Part shown: positions 18,973-28,082 of the stretch, piece after piece
Position numbering within the stretch: position 1 is the stretch's first letter
How the letters are laid out: every line of letters starts with the position of its first letter
Origin: Candidatus Woesebacteria bacterium GW2011_GWA1_44_23
GTDB lineage: Bacteria; Patescibacteriota; Microgenomatia; UBA8517
Length of the DNA: 64,000 nt
Assembly: GCA_001001045.1 (NCBI GenBank)
Contig: LCIL01000001.1
Coordinates: forward strand, 442-64,441
Direction of reading: 5' to 3'
Program-made: the position numbers and the translations under genes
Notes under the pieces: generated by a model
Seen by the model: the letters and a program-made list of their open reading frames with translations, nothing else
What the model was told of the DNA's origin: nothing
Databases searched by the model: none

Positions 18973-19176
18973 ATGGTCGAACAGGAAATGAAAGATAGCG
19001 GAAAAGAATGGCACCAGGTCGACATAGGAAACGGCCACCTTATATGGGAAAAGACAATCGACCCCGAAATAATGGCGCAAATGCCTAAAACGGTAAGACC
19101 TTTTTATGAAGTTGGTCCTATTGAACTTCTGATAGAAGATATAAAGCACCTGTTTAATATCCGGGGCCGAATCTAA
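18973..19176 (+). CDS. hypothetical small protein
   Basis: 67 aa ORF upstream of rpsO. No homology recognised. Confidence 0.2.
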   Translation: MVEQEMKDSGKEWHQVDIGNGHLIWEKTIDPEIMAQMPKTVRPFYEVGPIELLIEDIKHLFNIRGRI

Positions 19177-19278
19177 TTCATTTTTGCCTTTTGATTTCTG
19201 GATTGAAACATGGTACCATTCACAAGATGTAAGCAAGGTTTTGCCTGGAAGTGACTTTACTTTGCTCCACATGACAAT

Positions 19279-19548
19279 ATGGCATTAGCTAAAGACGAAA
19301 AAGTAGACGTAATTCAAAAATTTGCTCGAGAAAAAGGCGACACAGGGTCTCCCGAAGTTCAAATTGCGCTTCTTTCGGTCCAAATTGACAAATTAGTCGC
19401 ACATCTTAAGGAACACAAAAAAGACGTTCACAGTAGGCGCGGACTTCTTTCGATGGTAGCCAAAAGGAGAAGGCTTCTTTCCTACCTGCACAGGCGCGAC
19501 GAAGAACGGTATAAAAAACTCCTCACAGAGTTGAAGTTGGGAAAATAA
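19279..19548 (+). CDS. rpsO: 30S ribosomal protein S15
   Basis: 89 aa. [39 protein letters not shown] is the S15 signature. Confidence 0.9.
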   Translation: MALAKDEKVDVIQKFAREKGDTGSPEVQIALLSVQIDKLVAHLKEHKKDVHSRRGLLSMVAKRRRLLSYLHRRDEERYKKLLTELKLGK

Positions 19549-19552
19549 ATAA

Positions 19553-21907
19553 ATGAAGAAGATTGAGAAATCTATAGAATTAGGCGGTCGTACTCTTACC
19601 TTGACCACCGGAGAACTCGCAGAACAGGCGGCGGGATCTGTTGTGGCTCGAATGGGTGACACCGTTGTCATGGCAAATGTATCAGTAGCACCTCTTAAGA
19701 TGGAAATGGATTACTTCCCTCTTACGGTTGAATATCAGGAGAGGCTTTATGCCGGCGGGAGAATAAAGGGAAGCCGTTGGGTAAAACGCGAAGGAAGGCC
19801 AACCGACGAAGAAGTCCTCTCGGCAAGACTAATTGACAGGTCCATAAGACCTCTTTTCCCCAAAACTTATAAAAAAGAAGTTCAACTGATTGTCATGGTA
19901 CTTTCGGTTGACGGAGTGAATGACCCCAAAATCTTGGGTGCCATCGCCGCAAGCGCCGCGATTCATATATCAACTCTTCCCTGGAAGGGTCCGGTCGCTC
20001 CTTTGACAATCGGAATTAAGGACGGGAAATATGTAGTAAACCCCGAGACTGTCGATTTGGAGGCGTCACAGATGGATCTTACAGTATCTTCGACAAAAGA
20101 GGCGGTTTTGATGGTGGAAGCGGCAGCCACGGAAGTAACCGAAAAACAAATTGTGGAGGGAATTGAGTTTGCCCAAAAAGAAAGTAAGGCCATTCTTAAA
20201 CTTATCGAAGATTTGACTAAGGAAGTCGGCACGAAACGAGAAACATACAAGGAAGAGGAACCGTCCATCGAACTGGTCCGCGACGTCACAAAATTAGTAG
20301 GAGACAAAATGCCCGGTTTGGTCAAAAACATGGCTAATCACGAGGGGCTATCCGACGAATACGCTGAATTTATTGCCGCGATCAAAGACCACTTCGAGAG
20401 AGAAGATCAAAGGAAGTTTGTCCTGGAAATAGTTGATCATATGAAGAAGGACTACATTAGGGAGCAGATTCTTAAAAAGGGAGTTAGGCCCGACGGTAGA
20501 AAATTAACTGAGTTAAGGAAACTTTCTGGACAGGTGGGATTCCTACCGAGAACGCACGGGAGCGCGGTTTTTTCAAGAGGTCAAACTCAGGTTTTGTCGG
20601 TTGCCACACTTGGTTCGGAATCCATGGGACAACTTTTGGAAAGTGCCGAAGGAGAAGAAGAAAAGCACTATATGCACCATTATTCCATGCCTCCTTATGC
20701 CTCAGGAGAAACCGGAAGAGTTGGCTCTCCAAATAGACGCGAAATAGGACATGGAATGCTTGCCGAGCGCGCCTTGCTTCCCGTCATTCCTTCCCAGGAA
20801 GAGTTTCCTTATGCAATCCGTGTCGTCTCCGAGGTCATGAGTTCAAACGGGTCGACATCAATGGCTTCAGTGGTCGGATCTACGCTTTCTCTGATGGATG
20901 CCGGAGTTCCTATAAAAGCCCCTGTTGCCGGAATTGCGATGGGACTAATTATCGAAGACGAAAAGAATTTTGCGGTTTTGACAGATTTGATGGGTATTGA
21001 GGATTTCAATGGCGATATGGATTTCAAAGTTGCAGGGACCGCAAAAGGAATCACGGCACTTCAGATGGATGTTAAAGCACTAAACCTTACTTCAAATATT
21101 TTGGAAAAGGCGCTTGATCAGGCAAAAGATGCAAGAGATCAAATTATGAAAAAGATTTTGGAAACTATCGCCGAACCGAGAAAAGTGGTTTCAGAATATG
21201 CACCTAAAATTAAAGTTGTAAAAATTCCGGTTGATAAAATCGGAGAATTCATCGGCCCCGGTGGAAAGAATATTAAAAAACTTATGGCCGATACGGGAGT
21301 ACAGATTGACGTCAACGATGACGGAGGCGTAAGTGTTTCCGGAGTTGACGAAGAGAAAATGGCCAAGGCAGTCGCCTATGTTGAGGGTTTTGCAAAAGAG
21401 GTAGTGGCCGGCGAGATTTACGAAGGGGAAGTTGTAAGACTTATGCCTTTCGGGGCGTTTGTGAATATTTTGCCCGGGAAAGATGGGATGGTTCATGTGA
21501 CCGACATGGGTCAGGACGGCTTCGTAAAAGACGCCGGGGACGTGGTTCACATCGGGCAAAAAGTCCAAGTAAGAGTTAAAGAAATTGACGACCAGGGAAG
21601 AATCAACCTCAGTATGAATATGGACCCGACAAAAGATAAACCGAGAGAAGAACGCCCCAGGAGCGGTGGGTTTGGCGGAGGAAGAGGCGGATACGGCGGC
21701 AGTCGTGGCGGATTTGGTGGAGGACGAAGCGGAGGTTTTTCAAGAGGTCCAAGTAGAGGCGGATTTGGTGGAGGACGAAGCGGAGGTTTTTCAAGAGGGT
21801 CAGGTAGGCCAGGATTTTCAAGGCAAGATGATAACGGTGGAAGCGGTGGCCCCCATTTTCCAACTTCAAGGTTGGTCGATGACAGTAAAAAGAGCTTTGA
21901 TAGATGA
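19553..21907 (+). CDS. pnp: Polynucleotide phosphorylase with C-terminal RGG/GGF-repeat tail
   Basis: Two RNase PH domains, a KH domain (IPVDKIGEFIGPGGKNIKKL) and an S1 domain. Then an approximately 100-aa Gly/Arg/Phe-rich extension (GGFGGGRGGYGGSRGGFGGGRSGGFSRG...). Confidence 0.95.
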   Translation: MKKIEKSIELGGRTLTLTTGELAEQAAGSVVARMGDTVVMANVSVAPLKMEMDYFPLTVEYQERLYAGGRIKGSRWVKREGRPTDEEVLSARLIDRSIRPLFPKTYKKEVQLIVMVLSVDGVNDPKILGAIAASAAIHISTLPWKGPVAPLTIGIKDGKYVVNPETVDLEASQMDLTVSSTKEAVLMVEAAATEVTEKQIVEGIEFAQKESKAILKLIEDLTKEVGTKRETYKEEEPSIELVRDVTKLVGDKMPGLVKNMANHEGLSDEYAEFIAAIKDHFEREDQRKFVLEIVDHMKKDYIREQILKKGVRPDGRKLTELRKLSGQVGFLPRTHGSAVFSRGQTQVLSVATLGSESMGQLLESAEGEEEKHYMHHYSMPPYASGETGRVGSPNRREIGHGMLAERALLPVIPSQEEFPYAIRVVSEVMSSNGSTSMASVVGSTLSLMDAGVPIKAPVAGIAMGLIIEDEKNFAVLTDLMGIEDFNGDMDFKVAGTAKGITALQMDVKALNLTSNILEKALDQAKDARDQIMKKILETIAEPRKVVSEYAPKIKVVKIPVDKIGEFIGPGGKNIKKLMADTGVQIDVNDDGGVSVSGVDEEKMAKAVAYVEGFAKEVVAGEIYEGEVVRLMPFGAFVNILPGKDGMVHVTDMGQDGFVKDAGDVVHIGQKVQVRVKEIDDQGRINLSMNMDPTKDKPREERPRSGGFGGGRGGYGGSRGGFGGGRSGGFSRGPSRGGFGGGRSGGFSRGSGRPGFSRQDDNGGSGGPHFPTSRLVDDSKKSFDR
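21707..21798 (+). repeat. Tandem 51-nt direct repeat (two copies, 41/41 identical core) inside the pnp tail
   Basis: The core ggcggatttggtggaggacgaagcggaggtttttcaagagg occurs at 21707-21747 and at 21758-21798. It encodes GGFGGGRSGGFSRG twice. Confidence 0.8.
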
Positions 21908-21953
21908 GACCCCGACCGTGTCGTAGATAGGGACTTCGTGTTACACTAGATTT

Positions 21954-23000
21954 ATGGATTCTGCTGCCCAAGAAATTACCGTTTTAATTGATAAGGCGAA
22001 AAATGCTGACTTGCCGGAAAAGCTCCGTGAGGTAGTTTTGGTTCGATTAAACCAACTTTCAAAACTTACCAATTCCCCATCATTTTTGCCGGAGTTTGAC
22101 AGTATGGAGAAGTATATTGATTGGATTACGATTTTGCCTTGGAATAAAAGGACTCAGGACACGTTGGATCTTGAGAATGCCAAAAAAATTATGGAGACCC
22201 ACCACTTTGGTTTGACCGATATCAAAAACCGTGTCTTGGAATATATAAGTGTCATGAAACTTAAACAGGAAAAAGGGGAAAGTAAGGACATTTATAGAGC
22301 CCCGATTCTCTGTTTTGTCGGTCTGGTCGGTACTGGCAAGACCACAATTGCCTATTCCATTGCCGAGGCTCTGGGCAGGCCGATTGCCCGCATCCCCTTC
22401 GGCGGCATGGGAGACCCCCTGGATCTTAGGGGACAATCAAGAATGCATCCGGAGGCGGAGCCGGGAAAAATTATTAAAGCCCTAAAAGTAACTCAAAGTA
22501 AAAATCCGGTAATACTTCTTGATGAGATTGATAGGGTCACGGATCAAGGAAGAAGTTCGATTATGGGGGTTTTGGTAGAACTTCTGGATCCCAGACAAAA
22601 TTATGCCTTCGTTGATCATTATATTGATTTTCCGTTCGACCTTTCCGAGACCCTGTTTATTACAACCGCGAATAATACGACAAATATTGCAACAGCCGTG
22701 ATGGACAGGCTTGAACCGATTTCAATGCCAAGTTATACGGATGCGGAGAAGGTTACTATTGGACAAAAATATATTTTGCCTGAAGCCATGAAAGCGTCAG
22801 GTCTTCCCAAAGAATCATTGGTAATCGATCCCGACGTCTGGGCAAACATAGTCCGCCCTTTGGGTTACGATGCCGGAATCCGCACCTTGGAACGAAATAT
22901 CGATGGAGTTGTCAGGAAAATTGCCAGAATTTTAGTTGAAGGTAAAGCCCAGTCGGTGCATGTCACCTCACAAAATGTTAAGGAATTCCTGCCTCAGTAG
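21954..23000 (+). CDS. Lon-type AAA+ ATPase module, lacking both the Lon N-domain and the S16 protease domain
   Basis: YIDWITILPWNK, Walker A ILCFVGLVGTGKTT, Walker B VILLDEIDRV and RTLERNIDGVVRKIARIL all align to Lon residues between the N-domain and the protease domain. The ORF stops immediately after the AAA+ alpha-helical subdomain. Confidence 0.75.
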   Translation: MDSAAQEITVLIDKAKNADLPEKLREVVLVRLNQLSKLTNSPSFLPEFDSMEKYIDWITILPWNKRTQDTLDLENAKKIMETHHFGLTDIKNRVLEYISVMKLKQEKGESKDIYRAPILCFVGLVGTGKTTIAYSIAEALGRPIARIPFGGMGDPLDLRGQSRMHPEAEPGKIIKALKVTQSKNPVILLDEIDRVTDQGRSSIMGVLVELLDPRQNYAFVDHYIDFPFDLSETLFITTANNTTNIATAVMDRLEPISMPSYTDAEKVTIGQKYILPEAMKASGLPKESLVIDPDVWANIVRPLGYDAGIRTLERNIDGVVRKIARILVEGKAQSVHVTSQNVKEFLPQ

Positions 23001-23012
23001 TACAATAGTCGA

Positions 23013-23489
23013 ATGAAGTTATTAGCAATCTCAGATTCTCATGGTAATATCGCAAACCTGGAGCATGTCATGGGATTTGCTAAGAAGATTAGGGTTTCGG
23101 GGGTTATACACGCGGGTGATTGGAATACACCGGAATCTGTCGAAACGGTTTTATCTTTTGGAATTCCCCTTTATGCGGTTTTGGGGAATGCGGATATTGA
23201 CCCTGCGATAGGTAAAAGGTTAAAGCTAAAGGGTAAAGGATTTGCAGAAAATTATTTGGAGTTTGAAGTCGGAGGAAGAAAAATCGGGGTTACCCATAAA
23301 CCTTCAGATAACAAAAAATATTTTTTCTGCAAAAAATATGACGTTATTTTAAACGGGCACCTACATTCAAAATATGAAAGCGTAAGAGGAATCACTAAAT
23401 TTATCCGCCCCGGGGCAACCGTAAGCGGTATCAATTTTGCAATTTATGATACGGTCATAAATGGAGTAGAATTTGTAAGAGATGAATAA
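23013..23489 (+). CDS. Metallophosphoesterase (YfcE/MJ0936-like)
   Basis: LAISDSHGN...GDWNTPES...GNADID...GHLH motifs of the calcineurin-like phosphoesterase superfamily. Confidence 0.75.
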   Translation: MKLLAISDSHGNIANLEHVMGFAKKIRVSGVIHAGDWNTPESVETVLSFGIPLYAVLGNADIDPAIGKRLKLKGKGFAENYLEFEVGGRKIGVTHKPSDNKKYFFCKKYDVILNGHLHSKYESVRGITKFIRPGATVSGINFAIYDTVINGVEFVRDE

Positions 23490-24102
23490 AAAGGAAGAGC
23501 TTCAAATATTGAAGGATAAAATGGAGGCAGACGATTCACTTCCTCTTAGGAAGGGTGATACAAACTTGGTCTTCGGCGTTGGAGACCCGGAGGCAAAAAT
23601 TCTTTTTATTGGTGAAGGACCGGGCTATTGGGAAAATTTAAAAATGGAACCCTTTGTCGGGAATGCCGGAAAGTTTTTGGACCAGCTTCTGAAATCAATA
23701 GGTATGCCGAGGGAAAGTGTTTACATCACGAATGTTGTACACCACAGGCCGCCGGAAAATCGGGATCCGCTCCCGGAAGAAATGTTGGCGTACGGAAAAT
23801 ATTTGGATAAAATAATTAATGTAATTAACCCGGAAGTGGTTGTTACTCTAGGCAGGTTCTCTATGGGAAAATTTTTGCCCACTGCTAAGATTTCCACTAC
23901 TCACGGAAAGCTATTTAGGGTAAACTGGAACGGTAAAGATCTTTTTGTGATCCCGATGTATCATCCTGCCGCCTCTCTCAGGAACGGAGAAGTGATGCGT
24001 CAGGAAAAGGAAGACTTTCTGAGGCTTCCGGATGCACTAAAAAAGATTTCTGAGAAAAAGAAAAAGAAAGTTCCCGAAACGGAACAAATGAGTCTTGTTT
24101 AA
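23482..24102 (+). CDS. Uracil-DNA glycosylase, family 4
   Basis: LFIGEGPGYWEN...FVGNAGKFLDQLL...ITNVVHHRPPENRDP motifs typical of family 4 UDG. Confidence 0.8.
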   Translation: MNKKEELQILKDKMEADDSLPLRKGDTNLVFGVGDPEAKILFIGEGPGYWENLKMEPFVGNAGKFLDQLLKSIGMPRESVYITNVVHHRPPENRDPLPEEMLAYGKYLDKIINVINPEVVVTLGRFSMGKFLPTAKISTTHGKLFRVNWNGKDLFVIPMYHPAASLRNGEVMRQEKEDFLRLPDALKKISEKKKKKVPETEQMSLV

Positions 24103-25759
24103 TAATATGTCAGCACTAAAATTCATAGCCCTTTCGGGCACTACGGGAGTTACCGAAAACCTTTATGTTTATGAGTATGGTAACGATATGATTGTCGTCG
24201 ACTGTGGTGTAGGTTTTCCCGAAAGTGAAATGTTCGGAGTTGATCTTGTCATTCCCGACTTCTCGTATATCAAACAAAATGCGGCCAAACTGCGGGGCGT
24301 TTTGATCTCCCACGGACACGAAGATCATCTTGGAGGCCTGCCCTTTCTATTCAAGGATGTGCAAACGACAATTTATGCAACAAAACTTGTTGGGGGATTC
24401 ATTCAGGATAAATTTGAGGACTACAAGGACAAAGTTCCAAAAATCTCAATATTTGATCCCGAGAAGGATGTTTTGTCTCTTGGGGTTTTTAAAGTTACCC
24501 CATTCAGGGTAAGTCATTCTGTTCCAGACGGAGTCGGATTTTGTATAGACACCCCGGAAGGAAAAATTTTCCACGTTCCGGATTATAAATTTGATTGGAC
24601 CCCAGTTGACGGCCGGCCTTTTGCCGCAGCAAAGGTTGCGACACTCGCCTCACAAGGATCTTTAGCATTAGCTTCAGATGCGCTTGGTGCAAATACCCCG
24701 GGCTACACGGAAAGCGAGAGGTCAATCGAGGGGAGGATCGAAGCCATTGCCAGTAATGCGAAAGGGAAGATTTATCTGACTACAATTTCAAGCAATATAA
24801 GCCGCATGCAGCAGACAATTAATGTTGCCGCAAAACTTGGTAGGAAAGTAGTTCTTATAGGCCGCTCAATTGAAAGAAAAGCTCAGATTGCCAAAGACTT
24901 GGGGTATCTCCTTTACCCAAACGATTTAGTCATCAGGTCAAAACAGGCCTCAAGGCTTCCCCCTGATAAATTACTTTTTATAATTTCGGGAAGCTATGGG
25001 CAACCGGGCAGCGCCCTATATAGACTGTCCCTCGGAGAACATGATTTCTTAAAGGTCGGTAAGGGAGATGTTGTGATATTTTCCTCAGACCCTGCCCCGC
25101 CCGGGAGCAAAGCAAACGTGGATTTTCTGGTTGATAAACTTATTGAAAGTGATGTTGATGTTCATTATTACGATATGCAGGAGGATCTCCACGTCTCGGG
25201 GCATGGAAGTATTGGAGATATCGAAATGCTTTTTGCTCTAATCAAACCCAAATATTTTATCCCAATAGGCGGGACCATAAGACATATGAGGGCGTACGGG
25301 CTTATTGCCCAGAGGATGGGGGCAGCCGAGCAAAATGTTTTAGAGCTTCTTTCGGGGGAAATTGTGGAATTTAGCGGTCAAAATGCCAGACGTACAGGAA
25401 AAGTTCCCGTTAAGGAAATCCTGGTTGATGGGCTTGGCATAGGAGATGTGGGGAACGTGGTTCTGAGGGACCGGCACATCCTTTCTAAAGAGGGAATAGT
25501 AATTGCAATTATTCATTTTGATAGGAACCAAAGCACTCTCATAGATAACCCTGAAATAATGAGCAAGGGATTTGTTTTTGAGCAGAAGTACGGAAAAATT
25601 CTTGAAGATGCTTCGCAAGAACTCGCCCGTGCAATGCAAAAAAAGAAGTCGATAAATGCAAACGTAGTTAGAAATATTGCGATTGATTTTTTGGAGCGAT
25701 ATTTCTACCAGAAAACGGGTCGGCGCCCGATGATTTTGCCGGTTGTAGTAGAAATTTAA
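24095..25759 (+). CDS. rnj: Ribonuclease J (metallo-beta-lactamase/beta-CASP)
   Basis: VLISHGHEDHLGGLPFL motif, beta-CASP region and C-terminal domain. 554 aa. Confidence 0.9.
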   Translation: MFNNMSALKFIALSGTTGVTENLYVYEYGNDMIVVDCGVGFPESEMFGVDLVIPDFSYIKQNAAKLRGVLISHGHEDHLGGLPFLFKDVQTTIYATKLVGGFIQDKFEDYKDKVPKISIFDPEKDVLSLGVFKVTPFRVSHSVPDGVGFCIDTPEGKIFHVPDYKFDWTPVDGRPFAAAKVATLASQGSLALASDALGANTPGYTESERSIEGRIEAIASNAKGKIYLTTISSNISRMQQTINVAAKLGRKVVLIGRSIERKAQIAKDLGYLLYPNDLVIRSKQASRLPPDKLLFIISGSYGQPGSALYRLSLGEHDFLKVGKGDVVIFSSDPAPPGSKANVDFLVDKLIESDVDVHYYDMQEDLHVSGHGSIGDIEMLFALIKPKYFIPIGGTIRHMRAYGLIAQRMGAAEQNVLELLSGEIVEFSGQNARRTGKVPVKEILVDGLGIGDVGNVVLRDRHILSKEGIVIAIIHFDRNQSTLIDNPEIMSKGFVFEQKYGKILEDASQELARAMQKKKSINANVVRNIAIDFLERYFYQKTGRRPMILPVVVEI

Positions 25760-27217
25760 TCACACTTTTTCAGGGTGTGAATTGAAATATAATGTTCCCC
25801 CTCGGGTTTTCCGAGACGTTTTTCTTCCTGGAAAAACTTATCAAGTCCGTTTAGAATTCCGTCTCTGGCTACAAAATATACAGGGACATTTGACGGAAGA
25901 CATGCAAACTTAAGTAAATCCGGATTAAGAATCCGCGGGTCCAAATATGTAACCATTACGTTTTTTGAACCGTTGAAGTATGTAAACATTGCGCTTTCGG
26001 GGTTCCCCGCATCAAGTCTTACCCCCACGACTATCTGATTATCTTTACTCAAACTTTCAAGATAGTTAACTGTTTCGGGGATTCCGTATCCCGAGGTCCA
26101 ATCAGATATATATCCGGTTTTTTGTGAGAGGCTTGTCGTTTTGTCTAGAATGTTGAAGTATATGAGGGGAGAAACAATCAATAAAGCCGTCATTACAATA
26201 GACGGAACTGGGGTAATTATTCCAATCAAAACGGAGAAGGGTTTTTTAAAATTTAATATAGTTTGCGATGCAAAAACGGTTGTTAATGCCAAGAAGGAAG
26301 TAACATATCTTGTTCCCAAAGACCTCCCCAGAAATATTATAAGAATGATGCTCGTCAAGAAAAAAAATGGGTAGTATTGGCTTTTTCTTTTTTAAAAATA
26401 GATAGATTCCCATAACCGTTAATATAAAGATAAAGGGTGTTAGTTGAAAAAACGCTACATTAACCGTGGCTGAGAAATTTTTTATCCACAAAGAAAAAGG
26501 GAAGCCCAAAATTTCATGGATCGAAAGCATAAAGCGGCTATTGGAACCGAATGACGCCCAGAACGCCTTTTGGAAAAGGAGTGGTGAAAGAACAACAAGG
26601 CTTGTAATGAAAGAAAAAACCGCTTGTTTAAAACGTTTTTTGTAGATGAGTATAAAAATTATGGAGACCAAAAACACAAGTGCCTGAAGTTTTATAAAAA
26701 CACCGATTCCGAGAGTAAGTCCCAGATAAATTAAATACTTATCCTTTTTGGTTTCAAGAATTTGCATCAAAAAATAAAAACTCCAAACCCCTACTGCTGC
26801 GATTGCAGATTCCATCAGTGTCTGTCTGTCAAAAAAAGCAAAAAGCGGGATCACGATATAAAGAATCGAAAAAATAAGTGCTGCCTTCTCGTTTTCCAAG
26901 CTCTTTGCCACTTTGTATATTCCGATTAAGGTGAGTAGGCCTGCCAGAGTCGACACCAGTCTACCCATAAAAAGCGGGGAATTGACAATGCTTTCAAATA
27001 TTCCGAAAATCCAAATTAGAAAAGGTGGCTTTGCGTCATTAAGAGAATAAAATAAACCCGCGGATGTATGCAGTGATTTCCAACCCCAATCAAGGTAGAT
27101 TGCTTCGTCATTAAAAATCGGAAGTTTGGTTATATTGACAAGCCGGACGAGCAAACAAATGATAGAAAGACTAACTAAGGAATGATCACGGATAAATCTG
27201 GTAAAAGATATTTTCAC
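25756..27217 (-). pseudogene. ArnT/PMT-like GT-C glycosyltransferase split by a frameshift at an A8/T8 homopolymer
   Basis: ORFs 26246-27217 (TM domain with NDEAIY...KPPFLIWIFG) and 25756-26358 (further TM segments plus the C-terminal soluble domain) overlap in different frames. Reading T7 instead of T8 at plus 26360-26367 fuses them into one GT-C protein of roughly 520 aa. Confidence 0.65.
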
Positions 27218-27242
27218 TGGTTTAGTTTAGCAAATAGTTGCC

Positions 27243-27302
27243 GTGGTTGTTGAGCTTTGTCCCTACTTCGATATACAATGTGGTTGGGCTATGATTAAGA
27301 AG
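27243..27302 (+). promoter_or_regulatory. Conserved promoter-plus-leader element, copy A (TTGAGC-16-TATACAAT, then GGTTGGGCnnTGATTAAGAAGA)
   Basis: About 47 of 56 aligned positions match the copy at 29541-29596. It contains a consensus-like -35/-10 pair and an identical downstream leader. Sits upstream of the pentapeptide-repeat gene. Confidence 0.5.
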
Positions 27303-27303
27303 A

Positions 27304-28064
27304 TGTTTATTAGGGCAGCCATTAAAAACTTTGACAAAAAGAATATGCTCTTTACCTGTACTGGGATAATAGTCGGAATTTTGGGGATAACAGTTGCAAG
27401 AGCGCAATCCTCAGAAATAATTCAAGCTTGCATTGCCCAATCCAATGGCGATAGTCAGTCTAAAAATCTAGCAGGGAATGCCAACACTGGTTCAGTGAGG
27501 ATAGTACAAAATCAGGATGACTGTAGAAATGATGAGACTTATATTACTTGGAATGTTCAAGGGCCACAAGGCCTTCCCGGGCCCGCTGGTGTACCAGGAC
27601 CCCAAGGCCCACCAGGAGAATCAAGCGGTCCCTTTATATGTATGCTCTGTTCTATTAGGGATTTCCTCTATAGGCTAAACCGCACCGATCTTATAAATGT
27701 CAATTTTAATGATGCCATTTTGAATGGACAATTGCCGAATGAAAATTTGTCCGGCAGTACTTTTATACACGCAATTGTCAGGCTGAACATTACAGGCGCA
27801 AACTTATCTGGTACAGATTTATCATTTGCTAATATGGATGGAGATAGCGCAGCATACGCAAACTTTACGGGATCAAACATGAACGGAGTCTCAATCCCTT
27901 ATGCAGATTTAACAGGGGCAATTTTTACTAATACAAATTTAACTGGAGTGACTGGTTTGGATTCGTCAACCCTGGACAATGTAGTCTGGTCAAACACAAT
28001 CTGCCCAGATGGAACTGGCAGTAATGATCATGGTGGAACATGCCTCGGTCATTTGGTTCCCTAG
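27304..28064 (+). CDS. Secreted pentapeptide-repeat protein with a short collagen-like GXY segment
   Basis: Signal peptide (MLFTCTGIIVGILGITVARAQS). GPQGLPGPAGVPGPQGPPGES is 7 GXY triplets. Then tandem pentapeptide repeats (ANLSGTDLSFANMDGDSAAYANFTGSNMNGV...). Start uncertain between 27243, 27304 and 27345. Confidence 0.65.
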
Positions 28065-28082
28065 ACCTTCAAAAAAGATTAA

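Noticed and set aside
27280-27302. Mini leader peptides (MWLGYD and MVGQ) inside the duplicated promoter/leader element as attenuation peptides
   Set aside because: The ATG sits immediately after the -10 hexamer, so it is probably at or upstream of the transcription start. The peptide sequences are not conserved between the two copies.
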